Source of the DNA: Zygnema circumcarinatum SAG 698-1b
Lineage: Eukaryota; Plantae; Zygnematophyceae
DNA length: 64,000 nucleotides
Assembly: GCA_037447605.1 (NCBI GenBank)
Contig: CM074822.1
Span: 519,492-583,491, forward strand
Reading direction: 5' to 3'
Shown: positions 38,970-51,636 of the stretch, in pieces
Numbering within the stretch: position 1 is the stretch's first letter
Layout of the letters: each line of letters begins with the position of its first letter
Translations under genes and position numbers: made by a program
Notes under the pieces: model-generated
Databases searched by the model: none
What the model was told of the DNA's origin: nothing
The model's input: only the letters and a program-made list of their open reading frames with translations

Positions 38970-40343
38970 ATGGTGTACGAGTCGTGGCCCGGTGGATTGG
39001 AGGCTCTCAGGATGCAGGAGCGTGACGTGGCGCTCTGGGATTGGTGGAGGCAGCAGGAGGCGGCCGCCCATTGGCTGTGGGCGCAGCAGCATGCTCCGTA
39101 CGGCCACAGTGAGAGGGCAGCCATGGCTGCCACGTGGAAGCAGCAGATCCAGCCGTACCTGACAGCTGGCCAGGCAGACCTCGCCCGGGCGACCTCCGAG
39201 CTCAACCAATCCCTCGACGCGAGGAAAAAAAACGTCTCCAAAAAACGGGCTCCTTTTGGGGCTACAGCCGATGCTACAGCGAGAGCGAGGGCGAGGGGAA
39301 ATGCTAGAGTCACTGCTACAGCCGCAGCTACAGCCGCCTCGTCTGAAAAGTCCCCCCTCTCCTCCCTCACTGTAGCGCTCTTTCCTCCGTACGGAACGAA
39401 GCAGAGCTCGAGTCCCCCCCTCCCGGAGGAGCAGGACGTGGACACGTGGACCTATCAGGAGCAGCCATGTGGCAGTCACACAAGCGACTCGCACTCTACG
39501 ACGGCCAACGGAGCAGGGATCATAGAACCTCATGTGCATGCAGCATGGCTGGCATCCATGGGTGGGCCTGTGGGGGGTGGGCAGCGGTTCAGCCATGGCG
39601 GCGGACCTTTGGGGGTTCAATCTGAAGGAGAAGGTCTGCTTGCTTGCAAGCATCGGCGATTCGGCCCTAATGGAAGAGATAAGGAGGGTCGGAGGGAGGG
39701 CAAGGAGCAAGACATGGGGGGGGTTGCAGCCGTTAGGGTTTTGAATGGGAATGGTGGTGGGAACAGCAAGGGTTTACAAGATGGTGGGGTGATTGAGAAG
39801 CAGAGACATAAGCGGCGGAAAGTTGTGAAGGCGGGGGGTCGGCAGGCGTCCTCTGAAGTTCATGTGGTCCCAGTTCTACGGAATTCCGTTGAAATCGCAA
39901 CAGGGAACCTCAGTTATCAGATCCCATCAAGCTCCCTGCTTCCCCCCTCTCCCAGCATCACTCTTGACACGTGTCCTCCTGGAAGCAGCCCTCTTCTTTG
40001 CAGGACACGTGGCAACCTGCCACAGGCTACATCCCCTTCATTAAGGAAGTGTGAGGATCAGAAGGAGGGGCAAAGTTTCCCTGTTCCAATGTATGAACCG
40101 GTGGCTGAAAGATTTAACCTTTCTAATCCGCCACGTGTCGCATCTGCTGTGCTCCGAGCGGTGGAGAAGATGACTAGGGGCACAAGGAGGGAGGGTAGAG
40201 GCACCCCTCTCTATGAATGTCTGACCTGTAAGACAGGGCAGACTTCTCTGCGAATGGGGTCTGAAGGTTCATTTGAGGTAGATGGGGGGGGGTGTGGGAG
40301 AGAGGAGAGGAAGGCTGAGTTAGATCTTGAACTTCACCTTTAG
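38970..40343 (+). CDS. Intronless uncharacterised protein (457 aa) with NLS-like motifs and a C-terminal EAR motif; putative transcriptional repressor
   Basis: A 1374-nt ORF of mixed complexity with the ATG in CCATGG context. Basic clusters RKKNVSKKR and KRRKVVK, a YECLTC remnant and the terminus AELDLELHL*. Confidence 0.7.
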   Translation: MVYESWPGGLEALRMQERDVALWDWWRQQEAAAHWLWAQQHAPYGHSERAAMAATWKQQIQPYLTAGQADLARATSELNQSLDARKKNVSKKRAPFGATADATARARARGNARVTATAAATAASSEKSPLSSLTVALFPPYGTKQSSSPPLPEEQDVDTWTYQEQPCGSHTSDSHSTTANGAGIIEPHVHAAWLASMGGPVGGGQRFSHGGGPLGVQSEGEGLLACKHRRFGPNGRDKEGRREGKEQDMGGVAAVRVLNGNGGGNSKGLQDGGVIEKQRHKRRKVVKAGGRQASSEVHVVPVLRNSVEIATGNLSYQIPSSSLLPPSPSITLDTCPPGSSPLLCRTRGNLPQATSPSLRKCEDQKEGQSFPVPMYEPVAERFNLSNPPRVASAVLRAVEKMTRGTRREGRGTPLYECLTCKTGQTSLRMGSEGSFEVDGGGCGREERKAELDLELHL

Positions 40344-40900
40344 CAGAAGAATTTTCTGTACAATTTTTTTGTTTTTGTTTTGGGTAGGTGGTAGGTACGC
40401 TTTTCTGTATGATATGTTGAAGGCAACTTCTCAATTTGTTTAGGACAGGTGATGTACAGTTGAAGTGTTTAGTGGTGGTTGGATTGGTGGGTGGTAGGCA
40501 GAGGTGATGCTGGACAGAAGAGAGGGAGAGGGAGAGGGGAGAGGGAGAGGGAGAGGGAGAGGGAGAGGGAGAGGAGACGGGAAAGGGTGGGGCTGTACCT
40601 CGGTTTAAACAAAACAGGCCCATTTTGAGCAGTTCCACGTAGGCAGATTGAAATTTGGAAGGTGTGCGCTCATGCCTTTGTGTGGTCCCAAACACAAACT
40701 TGAACTTGTGAGGGCCTTTTGGGACATTAGGATGGTCAATGTTAGTTAGTCAGGTTGGTAGACCTTAGTCACTGTCATGATTTTCATGTACGGTTTGAGG
40801 AATGAAAGTTGGTGGGAGTTCAACAAAGTCTCTAGGAATGGAAATTTGTGTGTTGCGCAAACCACTTGTTTCATGAACCATGTTTGTTGACTCACACTCT

Positions 40901-41151
40901 GCAAGTATTGCACATGGCAACCATTGGACAACCATTGGATGGCAATAGCTGGATGGCCAATGGTCGGATGGCCAATGGTTGGCAGCCGTTGGCAATGGTT
41001 GTTCGGGTCGCGAATCACTGACCATCTCAATGGTTAACCACCCATTGAATCCAATGGTTGGAACCATTGGCAAAGGTTGGCTGCGTCGCGAATCAATAGT
41101 TGGGAACCATCCCAATGGTTGGTCCAACGGTCCGACCGGTGACATACTTGC
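40901..41151. repeat. CCATTGG family copy bounded by a short inverted repeat
   Basis: GCAAGTATTGCAC ... GTGACATACTTGC flank a CCATTGG/CCAATGG array containing CCAACGGTCCGACC. Confidence 0.6.
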
Positions 41152-41686
41152 AACAACAACATTGAACAACATTGAACCCAATAACAAAAACAACATTGAA
41201 CAACAACAATGCTCCTAGAAAGGGGGGACTTCCGCTCTCCATGGTCAACATCTTAACGGAACTGTAATTCGTTTCTATGACGAAACTTCAACAACTAACG
41301 CTGGAACTGGAACTGCGAAAAAACGACTGTCACATGTGGTCCGGAGGCGGTCCCTTTCTTGTTGTCCTTTAGGGGGACCCAAAAAAGGAAAAAAAAAGGA
41401 AAGACTCGCCCCACACTCCCTCTGAATCGCTCGCAACAGCTCCTCCCCACTTCACTTCTCTCACTCTTTCCTCTCGAAATTCACAAATTTCGACAGGTTC
41501 TGAAGAATTCTAGTTGTGGGTCGGAGCCCGAAAGGTGTTAATCTTTACATTTCAACTTTTTTTGGGGCTTCTAGTTTCTGTTTTTTGGTTTCTTGGCTTC
41601 CGGGTTTCGAGGAAGATACAGAGCTTGGTTGATTCTTGAGCATACGTTACATTTGGAGCGCTGTTGCAGCTTCATGCTCAAGGGAG

Positions 41687-43620
41687 ATGTCAGAAAGCTT
41701 GTCTGCTTCAAGTCTGTCGGAATCGCAAAGGAGGGACTTGGCTGCAGAGTTTAGCAGGTTTGATAAGAATGGAGATGGTCGAATATGTCTCTCCGAGCTT
41801 GAGACTGTGCTTAGGAGCTTAGGAGAGGGCTTTGCGCAAGTCGATGTCAATCGCCTCATGAACAGAGTATGCAGCTCTCTCTCTCTCCTCTCTCTCCTCC
41901 TCCCTCTCTCTCCTCTCTCCTCTCGCGCTCTCCTTCTCTTCTCCTCTCTCTTTCTCTCCTCTCTCTCCTCCTCTCTCTCTCTCTCTCCCTCTCTCTTTCC
42001 ATTTTTTCTCTCTGCTCTTCCTCCTCCCTCGCTTCCCCACTTTCCCTCTCCATCTTTCTTTACCCTTTCCTTCTTAGTTCCTTCCCTTCCCGTATTCTTC
42101 TTCCACTCCGCTCTTATTCTAAAAGCTCATGCTTGAGCAGCAATAAACCTCGCTTTTAGCGCCAGAATCACGTCATTTAAAAGGATTTGAGGATGGCTTT
42201 CTCTGGCTTCAGCATGCTTAATGGACCAGATCATTGGATGGGTTGGGTCTGATTTTTTTCTTTTCTTGGATGGGTTTTGGATAACATGTCAAAATTCTTG
42301 AAATTCGTAGAGAACTGCTTTATACGATCAATAAGATGTAGCTTCAAGATGGACTCCCGTGGATCGCTTGCACAGTTCGCTGTTAGCCCCTGTTCCGACG
42401 CTCACTGGTATTCATAACATTCACATTTGTATAATCAAACCGTATTCTGTAATGTACATGGAACTATATGAACATTCAGCTGGTAATTGGCGGTCATCTA
42501 AGCCTCCCTGCCAATTTCTCTCCCGCTTTCTCTCACTCTCGCTCTTCCCTCCACTCCCCTCCACACTCTTCCCCCTCCGCCTCCCCCCTCCCCCCTTCCC
42601 TCCCTCCCTCCCTCCCCCCTCCCTTTCCCCCATCTCCCTTCCCCCTTCCCCCTTCCACCCTCCCCCCTCTCCCCCTCTCACCCTCTCCCCCTCTCCCCCT
42701 CTCCCCCTCTCCCCCTCTCCCCCCTCCCCCCTCCCCCCCCTCCCTCCCCCCTCCCCCCTCCCCCTCCCTTCTCCCCCCCCCCCTCCCCCTCCCTCCCCTG
42801 CCCCTCCCCCTCCCCTCCCCCTCCCCCCTCCCCCCCTCCCCTCCCCCCCTCCCCCCTCCCCCTCCCCCCTCCCCCTCCCCCTCCCCCCCTCCCCCTCCCC
42901 CCTCCCCTCCCCCTCCCCCCTCCCCCCTCCCCCCTCCCCCCTCCCCCTCCCCCCTCCCCCCTCCCCTCCCCCTCCCCCTCCCCCCCTCCCCCCCTCCCCC
43001 CCTCCCCTCCTGCCTCACATACCCCTCCCCCCTCCCCCTCCCCCTCCTCCCCTCCCCCCTCCCCCCTCCCCCTCCCCCCTCCCCTCCCCCTCCCCTCCCC
43101 CCCTCCCCTCCCCCTCCCCCCTCCCCCCTCCCCCCTCCCCTCCCCCTCCTCCCCCTCCTCCCCTCCTCCTCCTCCTTCCTCTCCCCTCCCCCTCCCCCTC
43201 CCCCTCCTCCCTCCCTCCCCATCCCCTCCCCCTCCCCCTTCCCCTCCCCCCCTCCCCCCCTCCCCCCTCCTCTCCCCTCCCCCCACTCCCCTCCCCTCCC
43301 TCCTCCCTCTCTCCCCCCCTCCCCTGCAGGCGGACAGAAACAAGGACGGGTTCATCTCCCTGGACGAGTTTCTCCAACTTCAAGAGAGTGCCCACCGCGA
43401 GGACAAGGAGCAGCATGACCTCCTCGCGGCCTTCCAACTGTTGGACCGTGACAGTGATGGGTTCATCTCCCCCGCAGAGCTGCATGTCATGATGGTGGCC
43501 AGTTTGGGAGATGAGAATGTGACCGTTAGGGACTGTGCGAAAATGATAAAGGCAGTCGACCAAGACGGAGATGGGAAGTGCAACTTTGCTGATTTTCAGG
43601 TTTTGATGAAGGGGATGTGA
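41687..43620 (+). CDS. CML: Calmodulin-like protein (CML-d), 156 aa
   Basis: Exons 41687-41866 and 43330-43620 (GTATGC...CTGCAG, phase 0). Loops DKNGDGRICLSE, DRNKDGFISLDE, DRDSDGFISPAE and DQDGDGKCNFAD (Asp at position 12 in EF4). Confidence 0.9.
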
Positions 43621-44914
43621 TAGGGAGGAAGAGTGTGTTAGTAGGGTTCAGGGTTTTGAGAAGCAGGGGAGTGAAGGGTTTTGTTTTGTTTTTTTGAGAG
43701 GTATAGTTGTGCATAAGTGAGAGGACTAGTTTCCATTCTTTTTGTGAATATCAACATGCGGACAAAGGTACAGACGAGAATTTGTACTTTATCTGAAAGG
43801 TCTATTTTTGCCGTTCCGCAAGGGCGAGGAGTTCTATCTCCAACTGCTCTTGTTTTTCCACCCTCTCGCTCCTCCTCCCCCCCCCCACGCTCACCCCCTC
43901 CCTCTCTACTCCTGCACTCCCTCTCCTCTCCCTCTCCCTCCGCCGCTCCCTCCCACCTCTCTCTCCCTCTTGCCCCTCTCGCTCGCTCCTTTCCCCTCTC
44001 CCCCTCCCCCCCCCTCTCCTCCCTACCCCTCCCTCTCCTCCCTCCCCCGTCCCCCCTTCCCTCCCTCCCTGCCCCTCCTCCCTTCTCTCTCTATTCTTCA
44101 CTAGGTCTCCTCCTACACAGCATAGCATACACAGCAAGAGAGTGAAGAAGGGCCACACGAGCCATACATAAAAACCTCCTCAATTGCAATGTGGGTCCAT
44201 CTCTGTAAATATTTACAACGGCTGAATGACCAAACTTGGCCCCCTAACATCCTATCTCTTTCTAAGGCTACAAAACTGCGCATCCTCTCCACAAAAGATC
44301 TACAAAACCATCATCTGTGGGGGGAAGCAGGCGTACAAAATTGGGGCTAAGCTTGGGCCCTTAACTACTCGGACTAGGCTCACCTAGGGCTGTACATATT
44401 CTCCTAAGCAGCTCAAATTAATCCTGCTCTGAGTCCAAAAAATTATCCACAGCTCTTAAGAAAAGTTCTCCTACTCCGCAAGAGAAGAAAAAAGAACTTT
44501 ACAAACGGCANNNNNNNNNNGATTTCGGCGATTTAGATGACTGTGAGCACTTGCGCTGCTTCTCTCTCTCTCGCCTCTCCCGCATCTCCCCTCGCTTGGA
44601 TTCGCTTCACAATCACTCCCGACCATTGCGAATTGTGGGACGGAGCATCCTGCAACATTTATCAGCAAAAAAAATTTTAGAAAAACTGTTTCTTCTTGCA
44701 GTGCTTCGAACATAGAGAAGCAATCAACCCCTTGTTCCAGCACTTGCTTTCCATCCTCCATCCTACGCCCCACCCCAACTGTACCATCTACCTCTCTCAC
44801 CCACTCTCTCTCTCCCTCTCCCTCCCTCCCTCTCTCCCTCCCTCTCTCCCTCCCCCCCCTCTCCCTCCCCTCCCCCCCCTCCCCTCCACTCCACTCCCCT
44901 CCCCNNNNNNNNNN

Positions 44915-46120
44915 CCCCTCTCTCCCCCCTCCCCTGCAGGCGGACAGAAACAAGGACGGGTTCATCTCCCTGGACGAGTTTCTCCAACTTCAAGAGAGTG
45001 CCCACCGCGAGGACAAGGAGCAGCATGACCTCCTCGCGGCCTTCCAACTGTTGGACCGTGACAGTGATGGGTTCATCTCCCCCGCAGAGCTGCATGTCAT
45101 GATGGTGGCCAGTTTGGGAGATGAGAATGTGACCGTTAGGGACTGTGCGAAAATGATAAAGGCAGTCGACCAAGACGGAGATGGGAAGTGCAACTTTGCT
45201 GATTTTCAGGTTTTGATGAAGGGGATGTGATAGGGAGGAAGAGTGTGTTAGTAGGGTTCAGGGTTTTGAGAAGCAGGGGAGTGAAGGGTTTTGTTTTGTT
45301 TTTTTGAGAGGTATAGTTGTGCATAAGTGAGAGGACTAGTTTCCATTCTTTTTGTGAATATCAACATGCGGACAAAGGTACAGACGAGAATTTGTACTTT
45401 ATCTGAAAGGTCTATTTTTGCCGTTCCGCAAGGGCGAGGAGTTCTATCTCCAACTGCTCTTGTTTTTCCACCCTCTCGCTCCTCCTCCCCCCCCCCACGC
45501 TCACCCCCTCCCTCTCTACTCCTGCACTCCCTCTCCTCTCCCTCTCCCTCCGCCGCTCCCTCCCACCTCTCTCTCCCTCTTGCCCCTCTCGCTCGCTCCT
45601 TTCCCCTCTCCCCCTCCCCCCCCCTCTCCTCCCTACCCCTCCCTCTCCTCCCTCCCCCGTCCCCCCTTCCCTCCCTCCCTGCCCCTCCTCCCTTCTCTCT
45701 CTATTCTTCACTAGGTCTCCTCCTACACAGCATAGCATACACAGCAAGAGAGTGAAGAAGGGCCACACGAGCCATACATAAAAACCTCCTCAATTGCAAT
45801 GTGGGTCCATCTCTGTAAATATTTACAACGGCTGAATGACCAAACTTGGCCCCCTAACATCCTATCTCTTTCTAAGGCTACAAAACTGCGCATCCTCTCC
45901 ACAAAAGATCTACAAAACCATCATCTGTGGGGGGAAGCAGGCGTACAAAATTGGGGCTAAGCTTGGGCCCTTAACTACTCGGACTAGGCTCACCTAGGGC
46001 TGTACATATTCTCCTAAGCAGCTCAAATTAATCCTGCTCTGAGTCCAAAAAATTATCCACAGCTCTTAAGAAAAGTTCTCCTACTCCGCAAGAGAAGAAA
46101 AAAGAACTTTACAAACGGCA
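44915..46120 (+). other. Redundant copy of CML-d exon 2 and its 3' flank (probable assembly duplication)
   Basis: Appears identical to ~43320-44510 at offset 1610, including exon 44940-45230. It has no exon 1 and is bounded by an N-gap. 44521-~44870 also duplicates 46550-~46900. Confidence 0.75.
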
Positions 46121-46819
46121 AAACTTTTTCGGGGCGAAAGAAAATTTCCGGCTCCATTTGCCCGACCGACCGACCAAAATTATAGATCAGTTAAAATTCT
46201 CCAACTGGTTAACAGCGACTCATATCCTACCGGTCAAAATTTGTTGTGAAAGAAGTTGCGATTACCTGTCCTCAATAGACAAGGATCAATGCTTGGGAAT
46301 AGTTAAATAGGGCTTCGAAAGTGATAGAGAGAGAGCGAGGGGGAGGGAGGGAGAGAGAGAGTGGGAGAGGGGAGGGGGGAGGGGGAGGGAGAGAGTTAGA
46401 TAGGGAGAGAGAGTGGGGGAAGAAAGATTGAGAGAGAGAGAGGGGGAGGGGGGAGAGAGAGAGTTAGATAGGGAGAGGGAGTGGGGGGAGAGAGATTCAG
46501 AGAGAGAGAGTGGGAGGGGGACAGAGAGAGAGAGAGGAGAGAGAGAGAGGATTTCGGCGATTTAGATGACTGTGAGCACTTGCGCTGCTTCTCTCTCTCT
46601 CGCCTCTCCCGCATCTCCCCTCGCTTGGATTCGCTTCACAATCACTCCCGACCATTGCGAATTGTGGGACGGAGCATCCTGCAACATTTATCAGCAAAAA
46701 AAATTTTAGAAAAACTGTTTCTTCTTGCAGTGCTTCGAACATAGAGAAGCAATCAACCCCTTGTTCCAGCACTTGCTTTCCATCCTCCATCCTACGCCCC
46801 ACCCCAACTGTACCATCTA

Positions 46820-48840
46820 CCTCTCTCACCCACTCTCTCTCTCCCTCTCCCTCCCTCCCTCTCTCCCTCCTCTCCCTCCCCCCCTCTCCCCTCCCTCCCC
46901 CTCCCTCCCACTCCCCTCCCCTCCCCTCCCCTCCCTCCCCCTCTCTCACTCCCTCCCTCTCCCTCCCTCTCTCTCCCTCCTGTCCCTCCCTCTCGCCTCC
47001 CTCTCCCTCCCTCTCCCTCCCCCCCCTCCCCCCCTCCCCCTCCCCCTCCCTCTCCTGCTCCCTCCCTCACCTCCCTCCCTCTCTCTCCCTCCTCCCTCCC
47101 CTCCCTCCCCCTCCTCCCCCTCCCTCCCCCTCCCTCCCCCTCCTCCCCCTCCCTCCCCCTCCCTCCCCTCCCTCTCCCTCCCTCCCCCTCCTCCCCCTCC
47201 CTCCCCCCTCCTCCCCCTCCCTCCCCCTCCTCCTCCCTCCCCCTCCCTCCCCCTCCTCCCCCTCCCTCCCCCTCCCTCCCCCTCCCTCCCCCTCCCCCTC
47301 TCTCCCTCTCCTCCTCCTCTCTCCTCCCTCTCCCTCCCCCCCCCTCTCCCTCCCTCCCCCTCCCTCCACTCCCCTCCCCTCCCCTCCCCTCCCCCCCCCT
47401 CTCTCTCACTCCCTCCCACTCTCCCTCCCTCTCTCTCCCTCCCTGTCCCTCCCTCTCACCCTCCCTCTCCCTCCCTCTCCCTCCCCCCCCCTCCCCCTCC
47501 CCCTCCCTCTCACTCCCTCCCTCACACTCTCCCTCCTCTCTCTCCCTCCCCCTCCTCCCTCCCTCCCCCTCCCTCCCTTCCCTCCCCTCCCCTCCCCTCC
47601 CTCCCCCTCCTCCCTCCCTCCCCCCTCTCCTCCCCTCCCCTCCCCTCCCCTCCCCTCCCCTCCCCTCCCCTCCTCCCTCCCCTCCCCTCCCTCCCCTCCC
47701 TCCCCCTCCCCTCCCCCTCCCTCCCCTCCTCCCTCCCTCCCCCTCTCTGTCCCTCTCTCCTCCCTCTCTCCCTCCTCTCCCTCCCTCTCCCTCCCCCTCC
47801 CCCCCTCCCTCCACTCACTCCCCCTCCCCTCCCTCCCCTCCCTCTCTCTCCCTCCTCCCTCTCCCTCCCTCTCTCTCCCTCCCTGTCCCTCCCTCTCCGC
47901 CCTCCCTCTCCCTCCCTCTCCCTCCCCCTCCCCCTCCCCCTCCCTCTCAGCTCCCTCCCCTCACTCACTTCTCCCTCCCCCTCTCTCTCCCTCCCCCTCC
48001 CTCCCCCTCCTCCCCCTCCCTCCCCTCCCCTCCCCTCCCTCTCCCTCCCTCTCTCCCTCCCTCTCTCCCTCCTCTCCCTCCCCCTCCCTCTCCCTCTCCC
48101 TCCCTCTCCCTCCCTCTCCCTCCCTCTCCCTCCTCCCTCCCCTCCCCTCCCCTCCCCTCCCCTCCCCTCCCCTCCCCTCCCCTCCCTCCTCTCCTCTCCC
48201 TCCCCTCCTCCCCCTCCCTCCCCTCCCTCCCCCTCCCTCCCCCTCCCTCCCCCTCCCTCCCCTCCCTCCCTTCCCTCCCCCTCCCTCCCCCTCCCTCCCC
48301 CTCCCTCCCCCTCCCTCCCCCTCCCCCTCTCTCTCCCTCTCCCTCCCCTCCCTCTCTCCCTCCCTCTCTCCCTCCCCCTCCCTCCCCTCCCCCCCTCCCT
48401 CACTCCACTCCCCTCCCCTCCCCTCCCCTCCCCCCCCCTCTCTCTCACTCCCTCCCACTCTCCCTCCCTCTCTCTCCCTCCCTGTCCCTCCCTCTCACCC
48501 TCCCTCTCCCTCCCTCTCCTCCCCCTCCCTCCCCCTCCCTCTCACTCCCTCCCTCCCACCTCTCCCCTCCTCTCTCTCCTCCCCCTCCCTCCCCCTCCTC
48601 CCCCTCCCCTCCCCCTCCCTCCCCTCCCTCTCCTCCCCTCCTCCCTCCCCTCCCTCTCCCTCTCCCTCCCTCTCCCTCCCTCTCCCTCCCTCTCCCTCCT
48701 CCCTCCCCTCCCCTCCCCTCCCCTCCCCTCCCCTCCCCTCCCCTCCCCTCCCTCCTCTCCTCTCCCTCCCCTCCTCCCCCTCCCTCCCCTCCCTCCCCCT
48801 CCTCCCCCTCCCTCCCTCCCCCTCTCTCTCCCTCTCTGCC
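46820..48840 (+). repeat. ~2-kb near-pure polypyrimidine (C/T) tract
   Basis: Almost exclusively CCCT/CTCC/CTCT permutations with very few purines. Confidence 0.9.
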
Positions 48841-48999
48841 CTGGCCTCTCTCCTGCACCACTCTCTCCAGCGTCCTGACCACTGCCGCAAAGTCCGGCCT
48901 CTCCCCCGGCCCCGCCCTCCAGCACGCCTCCATCAGGGAACCCAGCACGCGGGGGCAGCCCCGGGGGATGCACGGACGCAAACCCTGCAATGGGAGGAC

Positions 49000-49046
<47 letters not shown>

Positions 49047-51636
49047 GTCAGGAAGGCTGTTTGTTTGGAACAGAAGGACAGGATGCACGCAGGAAGTCAC
49101 AACATAGAGATATTGCTCTCTCTCTCTCTCACTCTCCCTCTGTCTCTCTCTCTCTCTTCGTTCTCTCTCTCTCTCTGTCTCTCTCTCTGTTCTGTCTCTG
49201 ACCTTGTTGAACACAGCATAGGCGGCCTGCAGGGGCGTCATGCCATCGAAGGGCAGCTCGCGGGTCCACAGCTCCCACAGGACAATGCCAAAACTGTACA
49301 CGTCCACACTGAAGCTGTACGGCTTGCTGTCCATCACCTGCACATAGCATCACATCACATCACATCAGATTCACATCACATCACATAGCATCACATCAGA
49401 TTCACATCACATTACATAGCATCACATCAGATTCACATCACATAGCATCACATCACATCAGATTCACATCACATAGCATCACATCACATCAGATTCACAT
49501 CACATAGCATCACATCACATCAGATTCACATCACATCAGATTCACATCACATAGCATCACATCACATCACCTCTGACATCACATCACTTCAGCTCTCACA
49601 TCACATCACACCACATCAAATAAATCACATCACACCACATCACATAACATCACATCACCTCTCACATCACATCATCACAAAAGCAGTGCGAGAGCAGAGC
49701 TCACAGCACAAAGAAACAAACAAAAGCATGGCAAAAAAATTGTCTTCCTAGCATTGCAGAACCCTCCAGAACATCACCAAACCTGCAGAGCTTTAAGAGA
49801 CCCCTTCCTGCAAGGACCTGCAAGCAAGGACTCATAGAGACATTAGGGCTGCAGGGCATGAAGGTCTAAATTTGAAAAAAGTTTCTTTCTCACCTCCGGA
49901 GCCATCCAGCGGTAGGTCCCGGTCTCCGCCGTCATGTCTTCCATATCCTCCGTAAATCTTGAAACTCCAAAATCCATCACTTTCACCACTCCTTCACTGC
50001 TGATGATGAGATTATCTGACTTCAAATCGCGGTGAATGAAACCCTAAAACAGAGGAAGATAAAAGGGAAGAAAGAGAGAGAGTTTAGAGAGAGTCAGAGC
50101 ATTCCTTTAGAACAGGAAGAAAGAGGGGAAGAAAGGCAAAGGGAGAGTCTTCTATTTCATCATTTCTTGACATATTTGTACGCACCTGCGAATGCAGGTA
50201 TCGCATTCCCCGGGCTATGTCAAGGGCCATCCGTACAACTGTACGGAATGGAAGAGGCCCTCTCTGCTTCATCAGAAAGTGGCGAACAGTTCCACCGGAC
50301 AGAAACTCCGTAACGATGCAGCTGACGGAGTTCCGTTGGCAGGCACCGAAAAACTGCAGACAGAACACATGGAAGCAGAGCCGAGGAGTGGGTCAATAAA
50401 GTAAAAAGAAAAGAGAGCCGCAAATCGATTAACAAAGAGAGCAAAGATGAAAAGTTATCTGCAATACTGAAGAGGTAAAAGAAAACACGTTATATTTCAA
50501 AGGGAGAAGTCCCATCAATGGCCAATTACGCGCACAGACAGACCTGCAGAAACCCTAATTGGACAGATTCCATGGAGCTCTGAACCCCACTCCCTCCGCC
50601 TCACATGCTCTAACCCTAATTCTGAAGATGCTCAGGAAGGCATTGTCTCGCCCTCCTCCGTGATGAATGAGTTTTAGAGGAGGGGGAGGAGGGGAGAGAG
50701 AGATAGAGAGAGGGAGAGAAACCCACGTCCATACCGAGAAGAAAAGAGAGAAAGAGAGACAGAGAGAGAGAGAGAGGGAGGGAGAGAAAGAGAAAGAGCT
50801 AGACCCACCTGCCCAGAAAACTACAGAGAGAGAGGGAGACTGAGAGTGAGAGATAAATAGATATAAATAGAGATAGAGCGCGAGAGAGAGAGAGCGAAAG
50901 AGCGAGAGAGCGGGAGAGAGAGAGAGAGAGACAGTCCCCCTACCTCCACAATGTTCCGATGCTTGAGGCTGGAGAGCACCTTCACCTCCTGCCTGAACTG
51001 CTTCCTCAGCGTCCTCCTCTCCTCCTCCCCCCCTCCCTCCCTCAATATTTTCACCGCCGCCTCCCTCCCCCTCCACCGCCCGCAGAACAGCGAACCCGAC
51101 ATTCCCGCCGCGAACTGCGGCCCTACGAGCACCTCCTTCAGGTCCAGCTGCCACGTGGCGTCCTCGCACTGGTCCTCGTCATCCGCCATGTCGCTACAAG
51201 CACACCCCACCGCCGCCGCGCCGCCGCCCTCCCCCGCCATGTGGCGCGGCGCCGCGCGGACACGTGGCGGGCTGAGCGCGATGAAGGCGCGGAGGGATTG
51301 GAGGAGCGTGCGGCGGTCGGTGGGGACACGTGGCAGAGGGAGAGGGAGGGAGTGGCCGCGCCGGCCAATGGGGGACCGCACCTCCCCCGCCGCCATGGCC
51401 ATGCTCCGCCGAGCAGAGTGAAGCCGCTGCCCCGCCAGCACCTGCTCCAGGGAAACCATGGCGTCCTCTCCCTCGCCCTCTCCCTCCGCCTCCGCCGACG
51501 CCTCCGCCATGGCGACTCCCGCCGCCTCGAAATCGTCGCTCTCCGCTGCGTCTACCACCTCTCTCCCCACTCTCTCCCTCTCTGTATCCCTCCCTCCCGC
51601 GCCCTCTGAGACTCTCGCTTTACTCAAAGGCCCCAT
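48445..51636 (-). CDS. Raf-like MAPKKK (plant group C, STY/HT1-like) Ser/Thr/Tyr kinase; C-terminal end uncertain
   Basis: Exons 51636-50944, 50353-50186, 50043-49894, 49337-49203 and 48984-(48445), all phase 0 GT-AG. Motifs [58 protein letters not shown] and ERPDF. The last exon runs into a GA-rich tract, so the stop position is tentative. Confidence 0.9.
49341..49676 (+). repeat. Intronic (CACAT)n pentanucleotide satellite
   Basis: CACAT repeats with TAGCAT and CAGATT variants in kinase intron 3. Confidence 0.9.

Noticed and set aside
44940-45230. Fifth CML gene
   Set aside because: It appears identical to CML-d exon 2, has no exon 1 and is gap-flanked, so it is probably assembly redundancy.
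42359-48878. Long Pro/Leu/Ser-rich and Gly/Arg/Glu-rich ORFs (e.g. 377, 316, 717 and 340 aa; similar ones at 35292-36221 and 54302-55183)
   Set aside because: They arise from C/T-only or G/A-only tracts that lack stop codons, appear in all frames and lie in introns or intergenic DNA. They are not extensins.
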